Of a stretch of 64,000 nt of DNA, positions 1 to 9,850 are shown one piece after another (position 1 is the first letter of the stretch; each line of letters begins with the position of its first letter). The notes under the pieces are model-generated. The model was not told where the DNA came from, searched no databases, and was given only the letters and a program-made list of their open reading frames with translations. Both the position numbers and the translations under genes were made by a program. This DNA comes from Tepidisphaera sp. (GTDB lineage: Bacteria > Planctomycetota > Phycisphaerae > Phycisphaerales > UBA1924): the NCBI GenBank assembly GCA_050916045.1, contig CP051526.1:1312001-1376000 (forward strand), given 5' to 3'.

Positions 1-1
1 G

Positions 2-760
2 TCGCTCGAGCGGCTCATCGCCGACGGCCGGATGCACCCCTCCCGCATCGAAGAGGTCGTCGAAAAGGTCAAGAGCGAGATCGAGGGCAAGATCATCCAG
101 TTCGGCAAGGACGCGATCCTCGAAGCCAACCTCCGCGGTATCCACCCTAAGGTCAGCGAAGCCATGGGCAAGCTGCGGTACCGCACCTCCTACGGCCAGA
201 ACGTCCTCCGGCACTCGATCGAGGTCGGGTACCTCTGCCAGATCATCGCCGAGCAGCTCGGCTTGGATGGTGCTCTCGCTCGCCGCTGCGGGTTTCTCCA
301 CGACATCGGCAAAGCGATGGACCACGAGATGGAGGGTGGCCACCCGAAGATCGGCATGGACTTCGCCAAGCAGTACGGCGAGAAGGACCCGGTCCTCAAC
401 GCGATCGGCGGCCACCACGCGGATATCCCGTCAACGAGCTTCTACACGCCGATCGTGATGGCGGCGGATGCGGTGAGCTCGGCTCGTCCGGGCGCTCGCC
501 GCGAGAGCATGGAGAAGTATGTCCAGCGGCTCAATGAGCTTCAGGACATCGCGATGGGCTTCCGCGGCGTGACCGAGGCGTACGCGATCCAAGCGGGCCG
601 CGAAGTGCGCGTGATGATCGACGCGGCCCGCGTGGGTGATGATGAAGCGTACCTGATCGCTCACGACATCGCCAAGCGCGTGAGCGAGCAGATGACGTTC
701 CCGGGTGAGATCAAGGTGACGGTGCTTCGCGAGACTCGGGCGATTGAGATTGCGAGGTAA
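2..760 (+). CDS. rny: Ribonuclease Y, 5'-truncated at window edge
   Basis: DGRMHPSRIEE, RYRTSYGQNVLRHS, HD motif LHDIGKA, SARPGARRE, YAIQAGREVRV, FPGEIKVTV; frame open to position 2. Confidence 0.95.
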   Translation, partial: SLERLIADGRMHPSRIEEVVEKVKSEIEGKIIQFGKDAILEANLRGIHPKVSEAMGKLRYRTSYGQNVLRHSIEVGYLCQIIAEQLGLDGALARRCGFLHDIGKAMDHEMEGGHPKIGMDFAKQYGEKDPVLNAIGGHHADIPSTSFYTPIVMAADAVSSARPGARRESMEKYVQRLNELQDIAMGFRGVTEAYAIQAGREVRVMIDAARVGDDEAYLIAHDIAKRVSEQMTFPGEIKVTVLRETRAIEIAR

Positions 761-801
761 GGGGTCACGGAGTCGCGAAGTGACGGACGTCGCCGTCGAG
801 G

Positions 802-1929
802 ATGGCCGCGGTGAGCTGGCACCTGCACGATCCCGGGCTTTGGCTGACGCTTGGGGCGTGGGTCGCGGGCGCGATCGGAGCGTGGCTTGTCGTGCGCGGC
901 GTGCGAGGGATTCGGCTTGGGGTGACGGCTTGCCGGTCGTGCGGATATGACGTTACGGGAGTGGTGAGCGGCGTGTGTCCGGAATGCGGGCGAGAGCCGG
1001 GGCTTGCGAGGCGCGGGCGGTGCCGGACGAGGTGGCTCGCGCTTTCGTTGGGCGTCGTTGCGGTGGGGGTGTGCGTTGCGCAGCGGCGGTGGGTGAACCC
1101 GCTCGCGGACAAGATATGGGCGAACTTCCCGCCACGCGTGCTCGTAGAGTCTTACACGGAAGAGGGGCTTGACTGGCGGGTGTACCAGGCTCGCGGTGAG
1201 CGGACCGAGCCGTGGCCGGAGGCGATGGTCTGGGACACGGTGGCGTTCATCCGCCACGCTGAACTCGGCTGGGTGCAGGTGAACTTGCCTGAAGAGTTCG
1301 TCCATTTCGGCGGCGGTGGTGCCTTTACCGATCCGACGGACCTGAACGGCGACGGCGCTCCGGAACAGTTCCTGAGCACATGGTCAGGGGGCCCGCACTG
1401 CTGCTTCACGTTCTACATCATCGATTCAGCGGCACGAACATCGCCGATCACCGTGGTTGAGGGTGAACACTCTTCACCGATTCTCGAGGATGTCGATCAC
1501 GACGGTGTGGCCGAAATCGTGATCGATGATTGGAGTTTGGCGTATTGGAACTGGAGTTATGCAGGTTCGCCGGCGCCGCGTGTGGTGCTCACGATGCGGA
1601 GTGGCGTGCTTCGTCCGCTGATCTCCGCCATGCGGAAGCCGAAACGCGAAGTCATGGATGACACTGAAGGCGTGACGCCCGGTTCGGGCGAGGAGCCGCC
1701 GCAATCCGAAGAAGCGCCGTACTGGAGCCTGATGCTCGACCTCATGTACGAGGGCAACGAAGACCAGGCGTGGGAGTACCTTGACAGGATCTGGCCGGGT
1801 GACTCGAAAGCCAAGCGCCAATTCCGAACCGAGTTCCTCGAACAACTCGAATCGTCGAAGTGGTGGCCGATGATTCGAGCGGGATACGCCGCGGAGGCTC
1901 GCGACGCCGCCCGGTCCGACCCCGAATGA
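802..1929 (+). CDS. Membrane-anchored hypothetical protein with CxxC..CPECG Zn-ribbon and FG-GAP/EF-hand-like repeats
   Basis: Two hydrophobic segments flanking CRSCGYD..CPECG; DLNGDGAPE, WSGGPHCC, DVDHDGVAE. Confidence 0.7.
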   Translation: MAAVSWHLHDPGLWLTLGAWVAGAIGAWLVVRGVRGIRLGVTACRSCGYDVTGVVSGVCPECGREPGLARRGRCRTRWLALSLGVVAVGVCVAQRRWVNPLADKIWANFPPRVLVESYTEEGLDWRVYQARGERTEPWPEAMVWDTVAFIRHAELGWVQVNLPEEFVHFGGGGAFTDPTDLNGDGAPEQFLSTWSGGPHCCFTFYIIDSAARTSPITVVEGEHSSPILEDVDHDGVAEIVIDDWSLAYWNWSYAGSPAPRVVLTMRSGVLRPLISAMRKPKREVMDDTEGVTPGSGEEPPQSEEAPYWSLMLDLMYEGNEDQAWEYLDRIWPGDSKAKRQFRTEFLEQLESSKWWPMIRAGYAAEARDAARSDPE

Positions 1930-1936
1930 TGTCCGC

Positions 1937-3250
1937 ATGACGATCCTGCGAGCGAGTGTGGCGGCGGTGGTGTTGATTTTCATGTCGGGGTGCGGTTCTG
2001 CTGGCTTTCTCGCGGCGCCGGGATCGCTCGCTCCGCCTGGGCTTTGGGCGGAACCGATGCCTGGAATGCGAAGCCTCCGCGAGTTCGGCGTCGCTTGGGA
2101 CAAGGCGCCCGCCGAGAATCGGGCCGCGATGCAAGCCGCGATCGATTGGGCATCGTCGTGCGGGGGCGTCGTCTGGGTCGAGCCGACGGATGAGCCGTAT
2201 CCGATGGCTTCCGGGCTGGTGCTGAAGCGGAACGCTTCCATCGTCGGGGCTCAGGGGCCGGTCGGTCGCGGAACCAAGCACGCGACCAAGCCCCAGCCAG
2301 TCGGAAGCGTCTTCCGCATCGAGGACACTGACAAGCCCTTCATCACCGTCGAGACCGCGACGCGGATCGAGGGGGTGCAGTTCTGGTACCCCAAGCAGAC
2401 GCTTCGCGACCCACAAGCCGTGATCGCGTACCCGCCGACGATCCAGGTGTCCAAGCAGCAGGCGGTACACGGCGTGACGCTCCGCTCGCTGACGTTCTTC
2501 GGCGAGTTTCTCGCGATGGACTTCGCCGCCGGTGAGCACGCGTGCGAGCAGATCCTTTTCGAGCACTGCTATGGCTATCCGCTGAGCGGTGAATTCATCC
2601 GCATCGACCGCTGCTATGACATCCCGCGGATCCTGCACTGCCACGTGAACCCGGCGAACCGGCGGGCGTTTGCGGGCGATTGTTCGCCGGCAGTCGTGGA
2701 CTCGGTCATCGCTCGCGGCACATACGCGTACGCGATTGACCGGACCGACAACGCGCAGGTGATGGATGTCTTCACATTCGGGACGTACGGCGGGATCAAG
2801 CTCGGGCACGCGAGCTACGGGCAGATGACCAACTTCAACTTCGACTGCGTGACGGTGGGGGTGTGGAAGGGGGGCGATTCATCGTTCAATCGGAACTGGA
2901 TGATCGCGCAAGGGTCGATCATCGCGAACGCGGGGAAGATCGAGGACATTCACCCCATCGTGGTGGAGGGGATGGGCCATCTCGCGGTGAGCAACGTGGA
3001 AGCGTTCTCAGGGCCGAACGCCGCGCTCACGGTTGTGCAGGGCGGGGGCCGCTCTCGCGATTTCCTTGAGGTCCGCGGCGACAAGCGAGCGACCGTTTCG
3101 CTCAGCGGCTGCCGCATGCGGAACTACGAAAGCCAGAGCCCGATCACGATGAAGAACCCCAACGCGACGGTCGTCCTCCGAAGCTGCTTTGATCGCGAGG
3201 AACGTCTGCTCGAAAGCGTCCTTGGTCTATCGCCCGTCCAGGAGCGCTGA
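1937..3250 (+). CDS. Putative lipoprotein with pectin-lyase-like beta-helix (carbohydrate-active enzyme-like)
   Basis: Lipobox-like MSGC; REFGV..ENRAAMQAAID..GGVVWV typical of beta-helix N-terminus. Confidence 0.65.
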   Translation: MTILRASVAAVVLIFMSGCGSAGFLAAPGSLAPPGLWAEPMPGMRSLREFGVAWDKAPAENRAAMQAAIDWASSCGGVVWVEPTDEPYPMASGLVLKRNASIVGAQGPVGRGTKHATKPQPVGSVFRIEDTDKPFITVETATRIEGVQFWYPKQTLRDPQAVIAYPPTIQVSKQQAVHGVTLRSLTFFGEFLAMDFAAGEHACEQILFEHCYGYPLSGEFIRIDRCYDIPRILHCHVNPANRRAFAGDCSPAVVDSVIARGTYAYAIDRTDNAQVMDVFTFGTYGGIKLGHASYGQMTNFNFDCVTVGVWKGGDSSFNRNWMIAQGSIIANAGKIEDIHPIVVEGMGHLAVSNVEAFSGPNAALTVVQGGGRSRDFLEVRGDKRATVSLSGCRMRNYESQSPITMKNPNATVVLRSCFDREERLLESVLGLSPVQER

Positions 3251-3388
3251 ACACTCAATCGGACATTGGATTGCGGACGTTCCGATCAGCCGGAACGAGA
3301 GGGCCTCGACGCGGTGTCCGCAGGCCCGGGGGGTGCCACGTGTCCGAAGGCGTGGATGCCTTGCTGCGCAAAAGGCGACCCGGTCTCG

Positions 3389-3754
3389 TCACTGCGGGAT
3401 CATGAGCTTGAACTGCGACGGCGCGATGCCCGTCGGGGGGATGCCGCCGGGGTTGCCGTTTGCGACGCCACCGGCGATGCCACCTTCATCGCCAAGCCGC
3501 ATCGGCGGGAATTGCGTGTGCAGTGGCGAACCGGGCTTGAGGTGCAGAACTCGGGTCTGATCGCCCAATCCGGTGAGGGGCCGGCCGCTGGCGGCTTCGC
3601 GAGCGCCCTGGGGCGAAAGGCCCGCGGAACGCTGCGAATCGATGATGAGCACGTGCCGCATCGGCGAAGCCATGGGCACACCCGTCGCGACGGACGCGAA
3701 GGGAACGGGGACGGGCGGGGTGGGACCGGACGGAAGGACGAGTGGACCGGGCAT
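3389..3754 (-). CDS. DUF4150/PAAR-like small protein (121 aa), divergent
   Basis: ATG at 3754 with AGGAGT SD 6 nt upstream; PPVPVPFASVATG, GRPLTGLGD, GDEGGIAGGVANG, C-terminal IAPSQFKLMI. Confidence 0.6.
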   Translation of the reverse strand: MPGPLVLPSGPTPPVPVPFASVATGVPMASPMRHVLIIDSQRSAGLSPQGAREAASGRPLTGLGDQTRVLHLKPGSPLHTQFPPMRLGDEGGIAGGVANGNPGGIPPTGIAPSQFKLMIPQ

Positions 3755-4051
3755 CGGTGGACTCCTCGCATTCGCGACGCGGGTGATCGAATGAACCTCA
3801 TGGTAGCGCCCGCTTCGAACGGCTCCGGGACGAGCCCCAACGTCCGCAAATGTTGAGCGTCGATCGACCAGCCTCCTCGGGCAGGGTCTGGTTCGGGAGT
3901 GGAACGAACCGGCGTGTGAAGTTGGGCGATTCTGAACGGATTTTTCGCGGATGGCGCGCCAATTCGTGGTTCGTGTCTGTCTTTCTTCGCAGATACTGTT
4001 GATTCTTCGCCCCGTTCCGAGTCGGGGGGGCGATGGCATGGGAGAGAACTG

Positions 4052-7000
4052 ATGCAATTGCGTGCTTTGGTGCGGAAGTCGGCGGCGGCCTCAGCGTGGC
4101 TTGTTGCGGCTTTGGCGGCGGCGACGGTCGGCGCGGCCCCCGTTTCCTGGACGGGTCTTGGCGACGGCGTGAACTGGAGCGATCCGCTGAACTGGTCGGG
4201 GAACGCCCTTCCGGGTCCGACCGATGACGTGACGATCAACATCGCGGCCAATCCGACGATCATCGTCAGCGGCGTGAACCCTGTCATTCAGAGCTTGTCG
4301 ACCGCGGAAGAGCTCCGCATCTCGGCCGGAGCGACGTTCACGACGGCGACAGCGGCCTGCACGGCTCCGGTTCGTCTGGGCGGCGGGACGATCGCGGGCG
4401 GCGCGTGGACGTTCACGAACGGCGCGGCTCTCCTGATTGTTGGAACGTCGGAAGGCCGGCTGAACAACCCGGCGATCAGCGGCGATGTGATCCATGTGGA
4501 CGGCAGCTCGCGTCTCCGCGTGAACGTGAACACCACGTTCACGGCTATGCGATTCCGCGGCAACAGCCAGTCGGCGGCGTTCGAAGCCGGTTATGTGCTG
4601 AACTCGCAGATCATCGCCGACCCGGTTTCATCCGCGTCGGCGTGGGTCGAGACGTTTGGGAACGGGTCGTTCACCGTCGGCCCGACCGGCGTGATTGCGA
4701 CGATCCCTGACGTTCAGTCGACGATCGCCGTCGGTCAGCCCTTTTGGTACTCCTCCACGACGACGCTGGCGGTCCAGGGGCTGATCTCCAATCGCGGGCC
4801 CGGCAGCATGACGGTCGACCCTTCGTCGATGTCGGTCGCCGCCGGCGGGAGGATCGAGAACATCGGCACGGGTTCTTCGACGGTGGGTGTGCGCACGGCG
4901 CCCCTCACCTGGACGAATAGCGGCACGATCGCGGTGACCGCGGGCCGCATCACGCTGACGGACACGTTCACCAACTTCGGAACGCTGCAGGTCACGGGCC
5001 CGGGCCGTCTGGTGCTCGACGGCGCCTGGACCAACAGCGGGACGATCGCGATCTCGGGTGCGGGGCGTGTTGATCTCGGGGGCTCGTTCACGACGGCGTC
5101 GATCGGCACGATTTCCCGAGGCGGCGGCGGCACGGATGGGACCGTCGCGGTCATGGGCGCGTGGAATAACACGGCCGCGACCTACACGTTCGGCACCGCC
5201 GGTTCGTTCCTGCTGGATGGCGGCACGATCACCGGTGGCACGATCAGCCCGGGCCTCGGCGGCCAGACGCTGATTCCGGGCAACGCGTCGAACAGCCTTA
5301 TCGGCGTCAACTACACCGGCGAACTGGTCCTCGACACATCGAGCGGCCGGCTGCGTGTGGATGCCAGCACGACCCTCGGCGGCGTTCGCGTCCGCGCTGG
5401 CAACGGCGGCGTCTCCTTCGCTCCCGGGTATGTGATCAACTTCCCGATCATCATCGAGAGCAACGCTTCGATCGGCACCGTCGGGTTTGACACCAACGGC
5501 AACGGCACGCTGACGTTCGGCTCTTCGGCGTCGATCTCAAGCATCGGCACCTGGACGGGAACGCTCAGCTTCGGCCCGTCGTGGTGGTCTTCCGCGTCGG
5601 CCGAGTTCATCGTGCAGGGCACGATGGCGCTGGGCGGCACGGGTCGCACGCTCCGCGTGGGCGGAACGGTCGCGACGATCCGGTCAGGCGGCGCGGTGAA
5701 CGTTTCGGGCGGGACCACGCTCGCGATGGATGTCTCGGGCGGACAGGGCAGCTCGTGGAGCTGCGCCGGCTCGATCTCTGTGGCGGACGGTGCCTTTCAG
5801 GCGAGCGACACCTGGAGCATCACCGGCAGCGTCCTTGCGACAAACGCCACCATCACGCTCGATGGTGTCTATTCGACCTCGAGCGTCTCGCGGATCAACC
5901 GCACCGGCGGGGTGCTCAACCTGCAGGGACAGTGCGACAACACCGGGCGCACGACCGTGCTGGGCCCGACGACCGGCTCGTGGCGCGTGATCAGCGCGAC
6001 GATCACCGGCGGCACAATCGACGGAACGCCCACCGATCGGCTTGTGATCACGTCCAGCGGAGGCACGCTGGTCGACGTGACCCTCCTCGACGAGTTGGTT
6101 GTTGATGATGGCAGCAGTGCGCGGGTGCGTGTGCTTGGAACCACCACGATGCCCTCGGCGAGATTGGTTTCTCTTTCCGCCGGCCTGTCATACGGGAGCG
6201 GCGCGGTGATCAACTATCCGATCGTTTCGGCGTCGCCTACGGCAACGACGCACGGCATCGATTCGGCGACTGCCGGCGCGACCCTGACTATCGGCCCCTC
6301 CGGTTCGTTCACGACCGCTCCGGGCACGCTCGGGTCGCTCTCGGTGGGCGCGGCTTGGTGGAGCAACGAGACCGCCACCCTCAACAACCAGGGTTTGATC
6401 GCGGGGAGCGGGCTTAATCGTGCGCTGACGATCCAAGCCACGACGGCCTTCAACAACACCGGAACGATCCGGGTTCGCAACGGCGTCGACGCGACGATCC
6501 GGGCCCTGACCGGCAATGCGGCGGGGTTCGATATCCTCGACGCGGGCTCCACGATCGAGATCAACGGCAACTACAACCTCTCGGGTACGCTCGCGGTCAA
6601 CCCCGGCACGCTGGCGCGTCTCCGGGGCACCTGGACGAACACGGGCACGATCAACGTGGCCGCGTCCGGCGTTCTCGAACTGGACGGCACGTTCACGCTC
6701 GCCTCGCTGGGCACGCTTACCAGCGCGGGTGGCAGCGTGACGATCATCGGCACGCTCAACAACACGACCAATCTCACGCTCAACGCGGCCACCGGCTCAT
6801 GGACGCTCGGTTCGGGCGGTCGGATCATCGGTGGCACGGTCAACCAGACGCAGGGGAGCCGCCTGCTCTTCGCGGGTGAATGCACGCTCGAGAACGTGCA
6901 GTTCACTTCCGAGCTCAATGTCGGCGGCAGCAACGCGCGTGTTCGCCTCGAGGGCACCAGCCGGGCGCCTGCCTACCGACTCTCGGGGACGAGCCCCGGC

Positions 7001-8008
7001 ATTCTCTTCCCGCCGGGCCACGTGATGAACGAGACGATCATCGGCGAAAGCCCAAGCACCAAGGGCGTTGAGCTCTGGGCCAACGGCACGCTCACCATCG
7101 GCCCCTCTGGGCGGATCTCCAACACGGGCGGCGGGATCTCCGTGGGTTCGTTCTGGGCTTCCAGCATCTCACGCGTGCTCGTCAACCAGGGCGTGATCGA
7201 GTCCGCCGGGAGCTCGACGCTGTCGATCAACTCGCCGATCCTCGGCAACTACGACGCTGGAACGGGCACGCTGACGGGCGGCGTCTGGCGTGCGACTCAG
7301 GGCGGTATTCTCAGCTTCGGCAACAACACGATCCTGCGCAACAACGCCCGCATCGAGCTCGGCGGCGTCGGGGGCACCCCCAACGATCTCTCGTCTCTTT
7401 CCGAGAACCTCGGCACCCTGGAACTTCAGGACGGCCGCGACATCACGATCCTCGGCAGCCCGCAGCAGCCGACCCTCTTCACCAACAGCGGGACGATCCG
7501 CCTCGGCGCCGGCAGCCGGCTCTCGATCGGAAGCTCCTCCCGCGGCGCCGCTTTCACACAGACCGGCACGGGCACGGTGAGCTTCGACCTCGGCGGCGAA
7601 AACGTGAACACCGAGTACGGAAGCATGCGGGTCTTCGGCACCGCCACCCTCGACGGAACGGTGCAAGCCCAGTACGTGAACAACTTCCAGCGCGAGTGTG
7701 GCCAGCTCTTCCAGGTCATCGACGCCAACATCCGTGTGGGTCAGTTCGCGACCCGCAACGTGCCGCCCGTCACCGACGACTCGGTCTTCCTCGTCTTCTA
7801 CGGCGGCGCGGACGTGCGGATGACCGTCTCCTCCCGCGCGGACTTCAACGAGGACGGGTTCGTCGACTTCTTCGACTACGACGAGTTCGTGCAGTGCTTT
7901 GAGGGCAACTGCCCCCCGGGCGTCTCCGCGGACTACAACCGCGATGACTTCGTGGACTTCTTCGACTATGACGAGTTCGTCTTCCGGTTCGAAGCCGGCT
8001 GCGACTAA
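4052..8008 (+). CDS. Large secreted beta-strand-repeat (autotransporter passenger-like) protein with C-terminal GC-type dockerin-like tag
   Basis: Signal peptide; WTGLGDGVNWSDPLNW; G/T/N-rich repeats; ADFNEDGFVDFFDYDEFV x2 ending EAGCD. Confidence 0.85.
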   Translation: MQLRALVRKSAAASAWLVAALAAATVGAAPVSWTGLGDGVNWSDPLNWSGNALPGPTDDVTINIAANPTIIVSGVNPVIQSLSTAEELRISAGATFTTATAACTAPVRLGGGTIAGGAWTFTNGAALLIVGTSEGRLNNPAISGDVIHVDGSSRLRVNVNTTFTAMRFRGNSQSAAFEAGYVLNSQIIADPVSSASAWVETFGNGSFTVGPTGVIATIPDVQSTIAVGQPFWYSSTTTLAVQGLISNRGPGSMTVDPSSMSVAAGGRIENIGTGSSTVGVRTAPLTWTNSGTIAVTAGRITLTDTFTNFGTLQVTGPGRLVLDGAWTNSGTIAISGAGRVDLGGSFTTASIGTISRGGGGTDGTVAVMGAWNNTAATYTFGTAGSFLLDGGTITGGTISPGLGGQTLIPGNASNSLIGVNYTGELVLDTSSGRLRVDASTTLGGVRVRAGNGGVSFAPGYVINFPIIIESNASIGTVGFDTNGNGTLTFGSSASISSIGTWTGTLSFGPSWWSSASAEFIVQGTMALGGTGRTLRVGGTVATIRSGGAVNVSGGTTLAMDVSGGQGSSWSCAGSISVADGAFQASDTWSITGSVLATNATITLDGVYSTSSVSRINRTGGVLNLQGQCDNTGRTTVLGPTTGSWRVISATITGGTIDGTPTDRLVITSSGGTLVDVTLLDELVVDDGSSARVRVLGTTTMPSARLVSLSAGLSYGSGAVINYPIVSASPTATTHGIDSATAGATLTIGPSGSFTTAPGTLGSLSVGAAWWSNETATLNNQGLIAGSGLNRALTIQATTAFNNTGTIRVRNGVDATIRALTGNAAGFDILDAGSTIEINGNYNLSGTLAVNPGTLARLRGTWTNTGTINVAASGVLELDGTFTLASLGTLTSAGGSVTIIGTLNNTTNLTLNAATGSWTLGSGGRIIGGTVNQTQGSRLLFAGECTLENVQFTSELNVGGSNARVRLEGTSRAPAYRLSGTSPGILFPPGHVMNETIIGESPSTKGVELWANGTLTIGPSGRISNTGGGISVGSFWASSISRVLVNQGVIESAGSSTLSINSPILGNYDAGTGTLTGGVWRATQGGILSFGNNTILRNNARIELGGVGGTPNDLSSLSENLGTLELQDGRDITILGSPQQPTLFTNSGTIRLGAGSRLSIGSSSRGAAFTQTGTGTVSFDLGGENVNTEYGSMRVFGTATLDGTVQAQYVNNFQRECGQLFQVIDANIRVGQFATRNVPPVTDDSVFLVFYGGADVRMTVSSRADFNEDGFVDFFDYDEFVQCFEGNCPPGVSADYNRDDFVDFFDYDEFVFRFEAGCD

Positions 8009-8017
8009 GCACCTTCA

Positions 8018-8047
8018 CCGCGGCCCGCGCTGACGCGCGGGCCGCGG
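8018..8047. terminator. GC-rich hairpin between convergent genes
   Basis: CCGCGGCCCGCGC-TGAC-GCGCGGGCCGCGG perfect stem. Confidence 0.55.
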
Positions 8048-8067
8048 ATTGTCCAAGAACTTCCGGA

Positions 8068-8754
8068 TCAGCCGGGCTGCTTGACGTAGATGAACGCAAA
8101 CCCGTCGTAGCCCTTGCTCCCCACGGTCTGGATCGCCGTCGCTTCCACCCGCGGCGCGATGAACGGGTCGCTCCGGAGCGCTTCGTTCATCCGGCGGACA
8201 CCCTGCACGCGGTCGTCCGAGCTCGCGGCGTCCGCTACATCGCCCGCACGGATGACGTTGTCGACAATGATCACCCCGCCCGGCCGGGTCATGCGAACCG
8301 CCCAGCCGACGTACTCCGAGTTGCTCTGTTTGTCCGCGTCGATGAAGACAAGGTCAAACGGCCGATCCATGTCTCGCTGCACGCCGGGGAGCAGGTTCAG
8401 AGCACGCCCCACGCGAACCTCGACCCGGTCCGCCACGCCCGCGTTCTTCAGGTTCTGAGCCGCAACCTTCGCGTGCTCGGGGCTGATCTCCAGGGTCACC
8501 AGCTTGCCGCTCGCCGGCAGCGCCCGAGCAAGCCAGATCGCGCTGTACCCGCCGAGGGTTCCGATCTCGAGGATGCGTTCCGCGCGGATCGACCGCGCGA
8601 ACAGGTGAAGCAGCTTTCCCTCCGCCGGAGCGACGCTGATCGCCGGAAGGCCCGCGGCTTCGCACTCCGCAAGCGTGCGATCAAGCGCGTGATCCTTCGC
8701 GTGGAGGGCTGACACGTTGTACCGCTCAACCGCCGACCAGACCGCTTGTGACAT
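8068..8754 (-). CDS. O-methyltransferase (caffeoyl-CoA OMT/YrrM-like)
   Basis: ILEIGTLGGYSAIWLA, FDLVFIDADK, GGVIIVDNV, KGYDG; start MSQAVW with GGAG SD. Confidence 0.9.
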   Translation of the reverse strand: MSQAVWSAVERYNVSALHAKDHALDRTLAECEAAGLPAISVAPAEGKLLHLFARSIRAERILEIGTLGGYSAIWLARALPASGKLVTLEISPEHAKVAAQNLKNAGVADRVEVRVGRALNLLPGVQRDMDRPFDLVFIDADKQSNSEYVGWAVRMTRPGGVIIVDNVIRAGDVADAASSDDRVQGVRRMNEALRSDPFIAPRVEATAIQTVGSKGYDGFAFIYVKQPG

Positions 8755-8828
8755 CGCAAATCTCCCGAAGCGCCCGGGCTTCCGCCGCGGACACGAGAGG
8801 TTACGTCGCCCGAGCACTACACTCCCGC

Positions 8829-9215
8829 ATGGCGACCCTTTCGCTCATCCTCGCGATCATCTTCGAAGCCGGGTGGGCGATCTCGATGAAAGCCTCCGAC
8901 GGCCTCTCCAAGCCAGGCCCCGCGGCCGTCATGCTGGTCTGCTTCCTGCTCTCCGCCGTCTTCCTCGCTCTGGCCACCAGGAAGTACGAGGTCGGCGTCG
9001 CCTACGCGATCTGGGTCGGTTCGGGCGCCGCCATCATCGCGACCGTGGGTATCCTCTACTTCAAGGAACCCGCCGGCCCGCTTAAGCTCGCTTCCCTCGG
9101 CCTCGTTCTCGCCGGCGTCGTCGGCCTCAAGCTCAGCTCGACCCCGGTGCCCGACAAAGCCCGCGCAGGCGACGCGCCCGCTCCGCAGGCCGCTCCGGGA
9201 ACGCCCGCGCCGTGA
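8829..9215 (+). CDS. SMR/DMT family small multidrug efflux protein (SugE/Gdx-like)
   Basis: AIIFEAGWAISMK, VAYAIWVGSG, GVVGLKL; four TM helices. Confidence 0.9.
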   Translation: MATLSLILAIIFEAGWAISMKASDGLSKPGPAAVMLVCFLLSAVFLALATRKYEVGVAYAIWVGSGAAIIATVGILYFKEPAGPLKLASLGLVLAGVVGLKLSSTPVPDKARAGDAPAPQAAPGTPAP

Positions 9216-9218
9216 TGA

Positions 9219-9815
9219 TCACTTGACCCGCTTGAGCACCGCACGCTGAAGCGTCAGCGGGGTGAGCGTGCTCACCGGCGGCACGCCACGCCCCTCGTCG
9301 CCCCCGGTCGTCTCCGGCGTGGCCGAATTCAGCGAAAGCATTTCCGACACAAGCGTCGGCTCACCCGAGGGACCCATCTCCATCCGGTCCGTCGTCACGA
9401 TCAGCGTCTCTCCAACGCCGAACGCCGACCGGAGCGTTCCCGCGAACATCGTCGTCGGCAGGATGATGCTGTTCTTCTCGTCGATCGCGTACTTCCCCGC
9501 CGCAGCGTCCACGACCACAAGCTCGTACGGCCGCGTCTGGGAATTCTCGCCTTCGGAGTACACCACCGTCCACGTCCACCGCGCGGGCTCCTTCGTCGGC
9601 GCGATCGTGAGAGCCATCTCGAAAGCCCGCGTCCGCCCGTCCGGCCAGTGCAGGTTCGCCGGGCCCTTCCACGTTCCCTCCCAGCCCGCGGGGAACGCGA
9701 CGGGCATCGCCGAAACGGTTTCGGACGACGGTGCCGAGGTCGCGGGCTTGGTCGCGCAGCCGGCGAGCGCGAGAGCCAGACCGACGAGGGAGACCAATGC
9801 CGTGTGACGCATCAT
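9219..9815 (-). CDS. Hypothetical lipoprotein
   Basis: Lipobox LAGC; WEGTWKG beta-rich body. Confidence 0.75.
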   Translation of the reverse strand: MMRHTALVSLVGLALALAGCATKPATSAPSSETVSAMPVAFPAGWEGTWKGPANLHWPDGRTRAFEMALTIAPTKEPARWTWTVVYSEGENSQTRPYELVVVDAAAGKYAIDEKNSIILPTTMFAGTLRSAFGVGETLIVTTDRMEMGPSGEPTLVSEMLSLNSATPETTGGDEGRGVPPVSTLTPLTLQRAVLKRVK

Positions 9816-9850
9816 GCTCCATCATTCGCCGGTCCATCGCGGCCCGCAAC

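Noticed and set aside
8755..8828. Guanidine riboswitch upstream of the SMR gene
   Set aside because: No twin ACGR-loop hairpins or ykkC motif recognised; the gene looks leaderless (TACACT 5 nt before ATG)
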